Virus record (IMG/VR): IMGVR_UViG_3300020187_001966 | Length of the DNA: 64,000 bases | Strand: one strand, 5' to 3' | Source: a virus | Lineage: Duplodnaviria > Caudoviricetes | Shown: positions 55,875 to 64,000 of the stretch, piece after piece | Numbering within the stretch: position 1 is the first letter of the stretch | How the letters are laid out: each line of letters starts with the position of its first letter | The notes under the pieces: generated by a model | Database searches by the model: none | What the model saw: the letters and a program-made list of their open reading frames with translations, nothing else | Told to the model about the DNA's origin: nothing | Position numbers and translations under genes: made by a program

Positions 55875-56357
55875 ATGAGACTAGCAGGATTGTTATTAAT
55901 TGTTATCGCTGTAATGGGCGGTATAGGGTATTGGTATTATACTGATACTCAAGCTCGCATGGCCGTACTACAAGAGAATAACGCCAAACTAGAAATAGCA
56001 GTACAAACTAACGAACAAGCACTGGAAAGTTTACAAGCAGATTATGCTAGAGTCAATACAGAGTTGTCTCAAATAAATGAAGCATATACACAAATACGTA
56101 GACAGAATCAAGAGCTAGCAAACAAGTTAGAAAAGATAGACCTAACAGCTGCGGCACTTGCTAATCCTGAAGGTATTGAACGTGCTGTTAACCGTGGGAC
56201 TGAAAACGCAGGAAGATGTTTTGAAATCTTGAGTGGAAGCCCACTAACCGAAAAAGAAAAGAATGCAGAAAATGAAATCAGTTTTAACAAAGAGTGCCCT
56301 TGGCTTTGGCCTGGTCATACTCCTAACAGCGTGTTCTCAGCCCCAACAAACGATTGA
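55875..56357 (+). CDS. i-spanin (Rz)-like protein
   Basis: N-terminal TM, long coiled coil, C-terminal Cys, overlaps a lipoprotein gene. Confidence 0.55.
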   Translation: MRLAGLLLIVIAVMGGIGYWYYTDTQARMAVLQENNAKLEIAVQTNEQALESLQADYARVNTELSQINEAYTQIRRQNQELANKLEKIDLTAAALANPEGIERAVNRGTENAGRCFEILSGSPLTEKEKNAENEISFNKECPWLWPGHTPNSVFSAPTND

Positions 56358-56667
56358 GATAAGCGCAAAACCAATCCAACGACCTGAGCTAACATTGCCA
56401 GCAGTTGATGAACTCAATTTAAAAGAAGTCAACTGGGTTGTTATTAACGAAGATAATTTGGATTCAGTAATAGCTACACTAGCACAGAGCGGAAAGCCAT
56501 TTGCTATCTATGGACTTACTGGTGATGGCTATGCTAATCTTGGATTAAACTTTAGTGACATTCGTGCGCTAGTACAACAACAGCAAGCAATCATTGCGGC
56601 ATACGAAGGCTATTACAAAGAATCAGATGCGGCAATAGCGGAACATAATCAAACAGTAGATGACTAA
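56272..56667 (+). CDS. o-spanin (Rz1)-like lipoprotein
   Basis: Lipobox LTAC, Pro-rich start, overlaps upstream gene. Confidence 0.55.
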   Translation: MKSVLTKSALGFGLVILLTACSQPQQTIEISAKPIQRPELTLPAVDELNLKEVNWVVINEDNLDSVIATLAQSGKPFAIYGLTGDGYANLGLNFSDIRALVQQQQAIIAAYEGYYKESDAAIAEHNQTVDD

Positions 56668-57424
56668 TCCTTATAGTGTCTTGGGTGTCAGCCAAACTGC
56701 GTCCGAAGATGAAATCAAACAAGCATATCGTAAATTAGCTAAACAACATCACCCTGACCGTGGCGGCGATGAAGAAAAGTTTAAGACTATTAACGAGGCT
56801 TACGATAATATCAAAAATCCCCCACAACAAGATCGATCTCAAGGGTTTCATAACCAAAATGATATGCGTGGATTTGAGGATCTATTTAAACAACACTTTA
56901 ACTTTACACAGCGACAACCACGTAATCAAGACATACATATTACATACCATGTAACACTAGAAGAACTAATCAGCAATACTCCAAAAGATATTGAAGTAAA
57001 ACACAACAATGAAGTTCGCAACTTAACTATAACTATACCTGCTGGTATATATGATGGTGTTGAAGTAAAGTATACTGGATTTGGACAAATATCACAACCA
57101 GGTATTCCAGGAAATCTAATTGTACGATATCGTTTAAAAAGACATCCAATATTTGTCGTAGAAGAGTTTAATTTAACAAAACAGTTAAATATTAGTATAA
57201 GAGAAGCGATGTTAGGAACAGAAAAGATTATTACAACACTTGATAACAGAAGTATAAAACTAAAGATTAACCCAGGTACACAATCTAAAACACGATTACG
57301 AATACCAGAGTGTGGACTGCCACGTCGTGGAAATTCCAATGGAAATTTGTATGTAGAAATAATGGTAGATATTCCAAAACTAACTGAACAAGACTTAAAT
57401 AAATTGCTTAAAGATGTAATCTAG
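56660..57424 (+). CDS. DnaJ/CbpA-class co-chaperone without zinc finger
   Basis: NPY.VLGV...EIKQAYRKLAKQHHPD; C-terminal IPAG...G.L.V...G.LYV. Confidence 0.9.
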   Translation: MTNPYSVLGVSQTASEDEIKQAYRKLAKQHHPDRGGDEEKFKTINEAYDNIKNPPQQDRSQGFHNQNDMRGFEDLFKQHFNFTQRQPRNQDIHITYHVTLEELISNTPKDIEVKHNNEVRNLTITIPAGIYDGVEVKYTGFGQISQPGIPGNLIVRYRLKRHPIFVVEEFNLTKQLNISIREAMLGTEKIITTLDNRSIKLKINPGTQSKTRLRIPECGLPRRGNSNGNLYVEIMVDIPKLTEQDLNKLLKDVI

Positions 57425-57484
57425 CTGTTGACATCTGACGTAAGATACACTATATTAATATTAATAAAGATAAAAGGATTATAA

Positions 57485-59719
57485 ATGTCACAAAACGACC
57501 CAAAAATAGAAGCACTAGTAGAACGCCTATTTCAATTGACTCGAGGGTACAAACATGAATATGTTACACTAGAACATCTACTAGCTATATTGCTGGAAAC
57601 AGAAGAAGTACAGGATATTTTCTATGATATTGACAAAGATCCAAAGGTAACTAGAGATCTAGTTATCACTTATCTAGAAACTGAAGTTGATAGTATTGAC
57701 AAGGAAGAGTTTCAACCACAAAAGACAGTTATGCTAGAGCGTGTGTTTAATCGTGCGTTTACACAAGCAATGTTTAATGGTAGACAGAAACTTGACCCAC
57801 GTGACTTGCTTATTAGTATCTTAACAGAAGAGCAATCGCCATCTGTTGTATTGCTAAATCAACTTGACATTACTAGAGAAGACTTAATCTCATATCTAAC
57901 TAATGAAGCAACTGAAGAAGCAGAAGCTAATACTCGTGATAAACCATTAAAGCAAGAACGTATACTAGAAAAGTTTTGTGACAATCTAAATATGTTAGCT
58001 AATAATGGTGAAATTGATCCTATGATTGGTCGAGAAACTGAGCTTGAGCAACTTGTACAAACTATTGCTAGACGTAAAAAGAACAACGTTATCCTAGTAG
58101 GCGAAAGTGGTGTTGGTAAAACTGCTATTGCTGAAGGACTAGCACATCTAATTAATGAAGATCGTGTTCCGGATGTTATTAAAGACAATACTATCTATAG
58201 TTTGGATATTGGTTCACTACTAGCAGGTACTAAGTTTAGAGGTGACTTTGAAGAACGTCTTAAAGAAGTTTTGGATGTACTAGAGCGCCGTGACGATGCT
58301 ATCTTGTTTATTGATGAGATTCATATGATTATGGGAGCAGGCAGTGCTGGACAAGGAGCAATGGACGTTGCTAACTTACTAAAGCCAGCATTACAAAAAG
58401 GCAAACTACGTTGTATTGGTAGTACAACATATGACGAGTATCGTGAAACCTTTGAAAAAGACAAAGCACTTAATCGTCGTTTTTATAAAGTAGATATTCC
58501 AGAGCCCACAGTGGGGGATGCTAAACGTATTGTACGTGCTGCTATTCCAGCATATGAATTATATCATGAACTAGCATACGACCAAAAGGCATTGGATGGT
58601 GCTGTTGACTTAACACACCAATACTGGCACAACCGTCAGTTACCAGATAAAGCATTTGATGCTCTGGATGCGGCGGCGGCAAGACAAGCATTACTACCAA
58701 TAGAAGATCGTAAGAGTGTACTAGAGCTTGATGACATCCGTTATGAGGTTGCTAAACTAACACGCATTCCAGTAGATCAATTAGTGCTAACAAAAGACAG
58801 TGAGTACAAAACTGAAAAGCCAGTTGATATTGAACGTATTGTTACATCAAAAGTATTTGGACAAGACGAAGCTATTACAAGACTAGCAGATAGTATCTAC
58901 ATTGCTAAAGCAGGACTTAAAGATCCAAACAAACCAGTTGGCAGTTACTTGTTTACAGGACCAACAGGTGTAGGTAAAACAGAAACAGCAAAACAACTTA
59001 GTGATGCTATGAGTATGCCACTTGTACGTTTTGATATGAGTGAATACCAAGAGCGTCATACAGTTGCTAAACTAATTGGTGCGCCTCCAGGATACGTAGG
59101 TTATGGCGAAGGTGGACAAGGCAGTGGGTTGCTGGTAAACAAACTAGAAGAAAATCCAAACTGTATCTTGTTGCTAGATGAGATTGAAAAGGCACACCCA
59201 GATGTAAGTAATGTATTGCTACAACTTATGGACAATGGTATGATTACAAATAGTGAAGGCAAAAGTGTTAGCGCACGTAATGCGATTGTTATCTTAACCA
59301 GTAACTTAGGTGCTAGAGATGCTGAACGTAATACAATTGGGTTTGGTGATAACGATAATACAACAGCAAGTAATGAAGCAGTTAAACGTTTCTTTAGTCC
59401 AGAGTTTCGTAACCGCTTAGACGCAGTTGTACAGTTTAATAAACTAGATAAGACATTAATGAAACAAGTTACTAATAAGTTTATTAAAGAGTTGCGTGAT
59501 ATGTTAACACCACGTGGTGTGGCAATGTCGCATAGTACACAAGTTCTTGATTGGTTAACTGATAATGGATTTACTCCTAGTATGGGAGCAAGACCAATGG
59601 CACGTTTAATTAATGAAAAGATTAAAAAGCCACTTGCTAAAACATTACTATTTGGTAACGACATTACTAAAGTACACCTAGAGATTGTTGATGATGAGAT
59701 TGTGATTCAAACAAGTTAA
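57485..59719 (+). CDS. clpA: ATP-dependent Clp protease ATP-binding subunit, ClpA type
   Basis: HEYVTLEHLL N-domain; GESGVGKT and GPTGVGKT Walker A; IGFG ClpP-docking loop; GARPM; 744 aa. Confidence 0.92.
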   Translation: MSQNDPKIEALVERLFQLTRGYKHEYVTLEHLLAILLETEEVQDIFYDIDKDPKVTRDLVITYLETEVDSIDKEEFQPQKTVMLERVFNRAFTQAMFNGRQKLDPRDLLISILTEEQSPSVVLLNQLDITREDLISYLTNEATEEAEANTRDKPLKQERILEKFCDNLNMLANNGEIDPMIGRETELEQLVQTIARRKKNNVILVGESGVGKTAIAEGLAHLINEDRVPDVIKDNTIYSLDIGSLLAGTKFRGDFEERLKEVLDVLERRDDAILFIDEIHMIMGAGSAGQGAMDVANLLKPALQKGKLRCIGSTTYDEYRETFEKDKALNRRFYKVDIPEPTVGDAKRIVRAAIPAYELYHELAYDQKALDGAVDLTHQYWHNRQLPDKAFDALDAAAARQALLPIEDRKSVLELDDIRYEVAKLTRIPVDQLVLTKDSEYKTEKPVDIERIVTSKVFGQDEAITRLADSIYIAKAGLKDPNKPVGSYLFTGPTGVGKTETAKQLSDAMSMPLVRFDMSEYQERHTVAKLIGAPPGYVGYGEGGQGSGLLVNKLEENPNCILLLDEIEKAHPDVSNVLLQLMDNGMITNSEGKSVSARNAIVILTSNLGARDAERNTIGFGDNDNTTASNEAVKRFFSPEFRNRLDAVVQFNKLDKTLMKQVTNKFIKELRDMLTPRGVAMSHSTQVLDWLTDNGFTPSMGARPMARLINEKIKKPLAKTLLFGNDITKVHLEIVDDEIVIQTS

Positions 59720-59759
59720 CCCCGTTTCTAATAAATACTACTATAACAGGAGTATTAAA

Positions 59760-59924
59760 ATGGCACACTTAAATGAAACACACTTTGTTGTAAAAGTAAG
59801 TGAACTACTACGAGATAACCAAGAAGCACATACAATTCTTGATGAGGAAACAATAAATAGTATTGAGCAAGTCATCCAGGAATTAGCGGGTGCAGGTAAA
59901 GTAGTAGAAATTATAAAAGAATGA
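59760..59924 (+). CDS. small hypothetical late protein (54 aa)
   Basis: Manual translation MAHLNETHFVVKVSELL...; AGGAG RBS, ATAAATA upstream. Confidence 0.6.
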   Translation: MAHLNETHFVVKVSELLRDNQEAHTILDEETINSIEQVIQELAGAGKVVEIIKE

Positions 59925-60331
59925 GTACAACAAGTATTAATATATTACCAAGCCAGGCAGTTTTAAGCTACACTGGTGATAAAGTCAAAGCAGATGGTTA
60001 TTATGGCCAAACTGATGGGCTACACACAATCTCGGCAAGAGTAACAAACTTTGTAGGCAGGATTTATTTGGAGGGCAGTTTAGCAACTGACCCTACCAAT
60101 ACTGATTGGTTTCCAATTTACTTAACTAGTGGACAAAGCTACAGACAGTATCCAGTTTTAGCTGCACCAAGTGGAGTAAACAACCTAGGAGATACAACTA
60201 CAGAAGCATGGACGTTCCGTTCAAATTTACTTTGGATTAGAGCCCGTGTTGATCGTAGTTATATTGATCCAGCCCCAACTTATGACGTTGCACTACATGG
60301 TACAGTGGATAAGATTCTCCTAAACCTATAA
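59921..60331 (+). CDS. hypothetical, probable virion protein
   Basis: KADGYYG...GLHT...GSLA..P...DWF; coupled. Confidence 0.6.
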   Translation: MSTTSINILPSQAVLSYTGDKVKADGYYGQTDGLHTISARVTNFVGRIYLEGSLATDPTNTDWFPIYLTSGQSYRQYPVLAAPSGVNNLGDTTTEAWTFRSNLLWIRARVDRSYIDPAPTYDVALHGTVDKILLNL

Positions 60332-60361
60332 ATAGTATATAATACAATTAACAGTTTAGGA
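60318..60361 (+). promoter_or_regulatory. hairpin enclosing late promoter and masking RBS
   Basis: TCCTAAAC / GTTTAGGA arms; TATAAATA 60327-60334 in the loop. Confidence 0.6.
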
Positions 60362-60368
60362 ACGATCA

Positions 60369-61298
60369 ATGCCAATATATGCACAAAGCTCAACATTACG
60401 ATCATTATTGATTCCTTTAGTAGACATCGATCAAACAACGATTGCAAATGAAGACCTCCTGCAATACAACTCTACTACGGGAAAGTTTGAAAACAAACCG
60501 CTATCCAGCGGTGGCGCCGCCGTCATTACTACAGCAAGTAATGTTGGCACAGGTGCTACGGTATTCAAACAAAAGACTCTTCAAAATTTAGAATTTAAAT
60601 CAATTACAGCGGGTGCTGGTATCACATTAGTGGCTAATGCCAACGATGTAGAAATTAGCTCTACGGGGGTGCTTGATACTGCCAGTAATTTAGGCGCAGG
60701 TCAAGAAGTATTCAGCAGCAAGGTTGCTGGAGACTTTCAGTTTAGAACGATAAACGAAGGTATAGGTAATATTAACTTTACTGTATCAACTGTTGCTAAT
60801 GAAATAAGATTTGTTAACACTGCTGAAATTAATACTGCCAGTAACAGAGGCGGCGGCGCAACATTATTTGCTGCGAAAACCGGAGCTGATTTAGAGTTTA
60901 AAAGTATTATAGCTGGTAATAACATAACAGTCACAAGTGATGCTAATGAAGTTACTATTAACAGTCAAGCACAGATACAAGATTCATCTGCTTACCAAAT
61001 TACAGCAGCATTTGACGGTAATGGTAACTTACAATCAATTAGTGATTTGCCAGCAGGATGGACAAGCGCAGTTGTTGGTAACAAAGCAACTATAACACAC
61101 ACTGAAAACAAGATGGTTAAAAACATAACTTATTGGGGCAAAGATGCCACACTGGGATGGCAGCTACGTTTTCCAAACGCTGGTTTCCAAGCTACTGTGC
61201 CAGTTGGTTCAGAGAATAGTAAGTTTATTGTTGACCTTAACGCTAGTGTGGCAGGAGCCGATACGAGTAGTACAGCAAAAATAAATGTGATCTTCTAA
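60369..61298 (+). CDS. fibre-like virion protein with three ~48-aa repeats
   Basis: TASN.G.G...F..K....L.F..I..G..I repeated three times. Confidence 0.65.
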   Translation: MPIYAQSSTLRSLLIPLVDIDQTTIANEDLLQYNSTTGKFENKPLSSGGAAVITTASNVGTGATVFKQKTLQNLEFKSITAGAGITLVANANDVEISSTGVLDTASNLGAGQEVFSSKVAGDFQFRTINEGIGNINFTVSTVANEIRFVNTAEINTASNRGGGATLFAAKTGADLEFKSIIAGNNITVTSDANEVTINSQAQIQDSSAYQITAAFDGNGNLQSISDLPAGWTSAVVGNKATITHTENKMVKNITYWGKDATLGWQLRFPNAGFQATVPVGSENSKFIVDLNASVAGADTSSTAKINVIF

Positions 61299-61299
61299 T

Positions 61300-63300
61300 A
61301 TGAGCTTAATTAAGCCACCCAAGTTATTACCAATCCGCTTCAATTTAATTAGCATTGCGGATCCCGACGCTGCAGGGCGGGAGTATCGCTATAATGCGTC
61401 ACTATCACTTATTAATCCACAAACACACAGTGATAGTACACAAGGTAGTTTTTACAACTTAACTGACTTAAATGTTGGTGACTATGTAAGTACTAATGGC
61501 GGCGGTAAGATACTCAAAGTTGTCGACATTACGGCACAAACAAGTCAAAATGCGACTATTATCGCAGAAGATGAACTAAGATTAAACCAACAACAAGACA
61601 CAAGTGGTAACTCACAAGGATACATTCCTAGTAGTGAAGGCATTGTATTTGAAGTTAGTGAAGGACGTCCAATCCTTTTTCCATACACGCAATACAGTGA
61701 ATCAATTGTTGGATTTATTAAAACAGCGGCTGCTGAGATTATTAGTAAGTTTTCCTACTTACGTCAAGACAAATTAATAAGCATTGAGCAAGCAGGTAGC
61801 ATAGCACTAGGACTGGCTGTTGGTGACATTGTTACATGGGACGATACTACTAATCTTTGGAAACTACTAACTGCAACTGATACAGCTTGTGGTGTTGTGG
61901 TTGAGACTGCTAATCCTGTTCCAAACGCATTTAGAATTAACCCATTTGGTGATACAATTGATATTGATTTGCCAGATGATGGAAGTGGCAACTTATATTA
62001 CTACTGGGATACAGCTAATCCTGGCAAATTAACACAAACAATACCAGTTGGGCAAAAACCATCACCAGTCTTCTTAAAAATAGATAACAAAAAAGCAATA
62101 CATTTTGATGGTGCTATTGTTATCGCCCCAACTAATATAGTTACAATAGACACTACTCAGACAATCACTGGCAAAAAGACATTTGCCAACACTACAATAT
62201 TTGAACAAACTATAACAGTGGCTGGTGATATTGAAGCAGATAGTGATTTAACAGTAGACGGCAACACGGCACTCAACGGCACACTTGATGTTACTGGAAT
62301 TAGTACACTTGGTGTACTTGGTGCTGGAGAAACAACACTAACAAGTGCCACAGTAAGTGACTTAACCGACAACCGCATTGTTATTGCGGGAGTAGATGGC
62401 GCCATTGAAGACGACGCTAATCTAACATTCGATGGCACAGATTTAACTCTTGGTGCTAACACTAATTTACTAGTAGGTGGAAATGTAGGTATTACTGGAA
62501 ACTTAGTAATTTCAGGTGAAACTACAACTGTAAACACAACTAATACTGTTGTAACTGATCAGCTAATTGAACTTAATCAAGGTTATGCTGGTCCGCCAAT
62601 GTCTGCTGACAGTGGTATTGTTATTAACCGTGGACCAGAAGACAACGTGTTTGTTGGTTGGGATGAAACATCAAATGAATTTACTGTTGGTACTGGGACA
62701 TTTAACGGCTCTTCAACTGGAACGTTAATTACTTTTGATGCTAATGTACGGTTTGCTGGTATCAAAAGCAGTACACTAACTGATAATAGAATACTAATTT
62801 CTGGTGCCAATGGCATCATTGAAGACGATACTAACCTTACTTGGGATGGCACAGATTTAAGTGTAACTGGTGCTGGTGTAGCTTTTACAACTGGTAAAAT
62901 TGGTGTTGGTAACCAACTTAGTGCTAATGTAGATCATACTATGTATGTACTATACGCAGCAACTACAGACGCAACACCAACTCAGTTAAATCTAAGTGTG
63001 GGCGTATCTAAAATAGCAATTGCAATTAATACTACAATGCAGTTTGAAGCAACTATTGTTGGAAGACAAACTGGCGGTACAACACATTGTAGTTATAAGA
63101 TCACTGGTGTTATTGATAATCCTGGTGGTACTGCTACTTTAGTTAATACAGTAACAGAAACTATTTTAGCAGAAGATGAAGAAAGTTGGGTCGCCACAGC
63201 AGCACCAACAGGTGAAAGTCTAACTATAACAGTAACTGGCGAGGCGGCAACGAATATTCGTTGGGTTGCCTTTGTTAAAACTACAAGTATTTCATTCTAA
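61300..63300 (+). CDS. large fibre/baseplate-like virion protein
   Basis: Thr/Gly-rich; duplicated LTDNRI.I.G..G.IEDD.NLT(F/W)DG block; V.D..IELN...DSGI.INRG. Confidence 0.65.
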   Translation: MSLIKPPKLLPIRFNLISIADPDAAGREYRYNASLSLINPQTHSDSTQGSFYNLTDLNVGDYVSTNGGGKILKVVDITAQTSQNATIIAEDELRLNQQQDTSGNSQGYIPSSEGIVFEVSEGRPILFPYTQYSESIVGFIKTAAAEIISKFSYLRQDKLISIEQAGSIALGLAVGDIVTWDDTTNLWKLLTATDTACGVVVETANPVPNAFRINPFGDTIDIDLPDDGSGNLYYYWDTANPGKLTQTIPVGQKPSPVFLKIDNKKAIHFDGAIVIAPTNIVTIDTTQTITGKKTFANTTIFEQTITVAGDIEADSDLTVDGNTALNGTLDVTGISTLGVLGAGETTLTSATVSDLTDNRIVIAGVDGAIEDDANLTFDGTDLTLGANTNLLVGGNVGITGNLVISGETTTVNTTNTVVTDQLIELNQGYAGPPMSADSGIVINRGPEDNVFVGWDETSNEFTVGTGTFNGSSTGTLITFDANVRFAGIKSSTLTDNRILISGANGIIEDDTNLTWDGTDLSVTGAGVAFTTGKIGVGNQLSANVDHTMYVLYAATTDATPTQLNLSVGVSKIAIAINTTMQFEATIVGRQTGGTTHCSYKITGVIDNPGGTATLVNTVTETILAEDEESWVATAAPTGESLTITVTGEAATNIRWVAFVKTTSISF

Positions 63301-63357
63301 TCGGATAAATAAATGTAGGCGGATATATAACCGCACTAATTTTTTAGGAGAAAAGCA

Positions 63358-63639
63358 ATGGCTTTAACAACAACAGCAACAACAAAAGCAGGCAACGGCT
63401 TAGGTTCAAGAACAACAGTACTAGTAACAGACGCAGCAGTAGCAGACGCAGCTGGAGCGGCAGCAATTGAAGCGGCACTAACAGTAGACGGCGGAACAGT
63501 AGCAGGTATCGCAGGAACAGCAAACGGCGGCGGTGTTATGCACTTCGCAGTACAAGGCGGACCAGACGTTTCAGCTTACTCAGCTACAGTAAAAGGACAA
63601 GCACTTAGTGCAGTAGTTACTTTTGAAGCAGACGCATAA
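63358..63639 (+). CDS. small Ala/Thr/Gly-rich, probably abundant virion protein
   Basis: Strong GCA/ACA codon bias, AGGAG RBS, late promoter, own terminator. Confidence 0.65.
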   Translation: MALTTTATTKAGNGLGSRTTVLVTDAAVADAAGAAAIEAALTVDGGTVAGIAGTANGGGVMHFAVQGGPDVSAYSATVKGQALSAVVTFEADA

Positions 63640-63664
63640 GTTACTTAGTTAACTGACAGAGATT

Positions 63665-63697
63665 AAAAGCCTCGCTATCATTAGCGGGGCTTTTTTT
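63665..63697 (+). terminator. intrinsic terminator
   Basis: AAAAGCCTCGCTA-TCAT-TAGCGGGGCTTTT plus T run. Confidence 0.8.
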
Positions 63698-63734
63698 ATA
63701 TAAATACGTGTATACAAACATAGGAGTTATTATT

Positions 63735-64000
63735 ATGGTAACAAGAAATTCAACAAACAAAATCGAATTTAATACACAAGAATGGGGTGCTCCAGTATCA
63801 TACTTTACTATTGATACAGGTGCTTCATTAGCAACAGAAACTAATCCAGGCGAAGCAGTAGAAGCTATTGTAGAACTTATTGCTCGTAAAGGTACAATTT
63901 TAGCCATGGGAGCAGAATTAACTGGTGCGTTTCGTGTAGCAATTGAAAACAATGCTTGGTCAGCAGGAAATTTACAAACTGAACTACAAGGACTAGGCGC
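63735..64000 (+). CDS. hypothetical late protein, runs off the window
   Basis: TATAAATA 63699-63706, AGGAG RBS, open frame MVTRNSTNKIEF... Confidence 0.6.
   Translation, partial: MVTRNSTNKIEFNTQEWGAPVSYFTIDTGASLATETNPGEAVEAIVELIARKGTILAMGAELTGAFRVAIENNAWSAGNLQTELQGLG

Noticed and set aside
1-64000. Window is a bacterial chromosome segment
   Set aside because: Housekeeping genes are isolated from their normal operons (single atpE, infC without rpmI/rplT) and mixed with T4-late-like promoters, gp26-like, spanin-like, fibre and homing nuclease genes.
1-64000. CRISPR array, diversity-generating retroelement or retron
   Set aside because: No regularly spaced repeat-spacer series and no reverse transcriptase seen; the 31-bp repeat has only two identical copies.
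1-64000. Stop-codon reassignment as in some large phages
   Set aside because: Recognisable genes are full length under the standard bacterial code and pack end to end.

Overview
A 64-kb, AT-rich (roughly 35-37% GC by eye), densely coded segment of a large lytic tailed phage (jumbo or T4-like myovirus type), not a cellular chromosome. Evidence: recurrent T4-late-like (A/C/G)TAAATA promoters, dispersed sigma70 early promoters driving tiny ORFs, a gp26-like fragment, a clamp-loader subunit, spanin-like pair, fibre-like repeat proteins and free-standing HNH/GIY-YIG nucleases. Host-derived genes point to a marine alphaproteobacterial host, probably Rhodobacteraceae: two-piece permuted tmRNA with tag ANANRAPEMALAA, AtpE, FdxA and DUF1127. 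The window carries many host-function genes. Translation: IF3, bS21, tmRNA, one tRNA, an aaRS-like enzyme. Proteostasis: ClpS, ClpP, ClpA, DnaJ, Hsp20, GroES-like. Nucleotide salvage: GuaC, Apt, Prs, BMP binding protein. Also Fe-S and bilin genes, PhoH, a PiT-like transporter, a porin, and a curli-type (CsgF/CsgG/curlin) locus next to FecR and CHASE2-cyclase genes. Top candidate for an undescribed system: an anticodon-domain-less Asp/Asn-tRNA-synthetase-like gene followed 7 nt later by a 100-nt tRNA with an Asn anticodon on a tRNA-Leu-like, long-variable-arm body with U37. Next: an ATP synthase c subunit that keeps the proton-binding Glu but lacks the F1-coupling loop, and the curli-FecR-cyclase locus. 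All product calls come from motif recognition by eye; no database searches were run.
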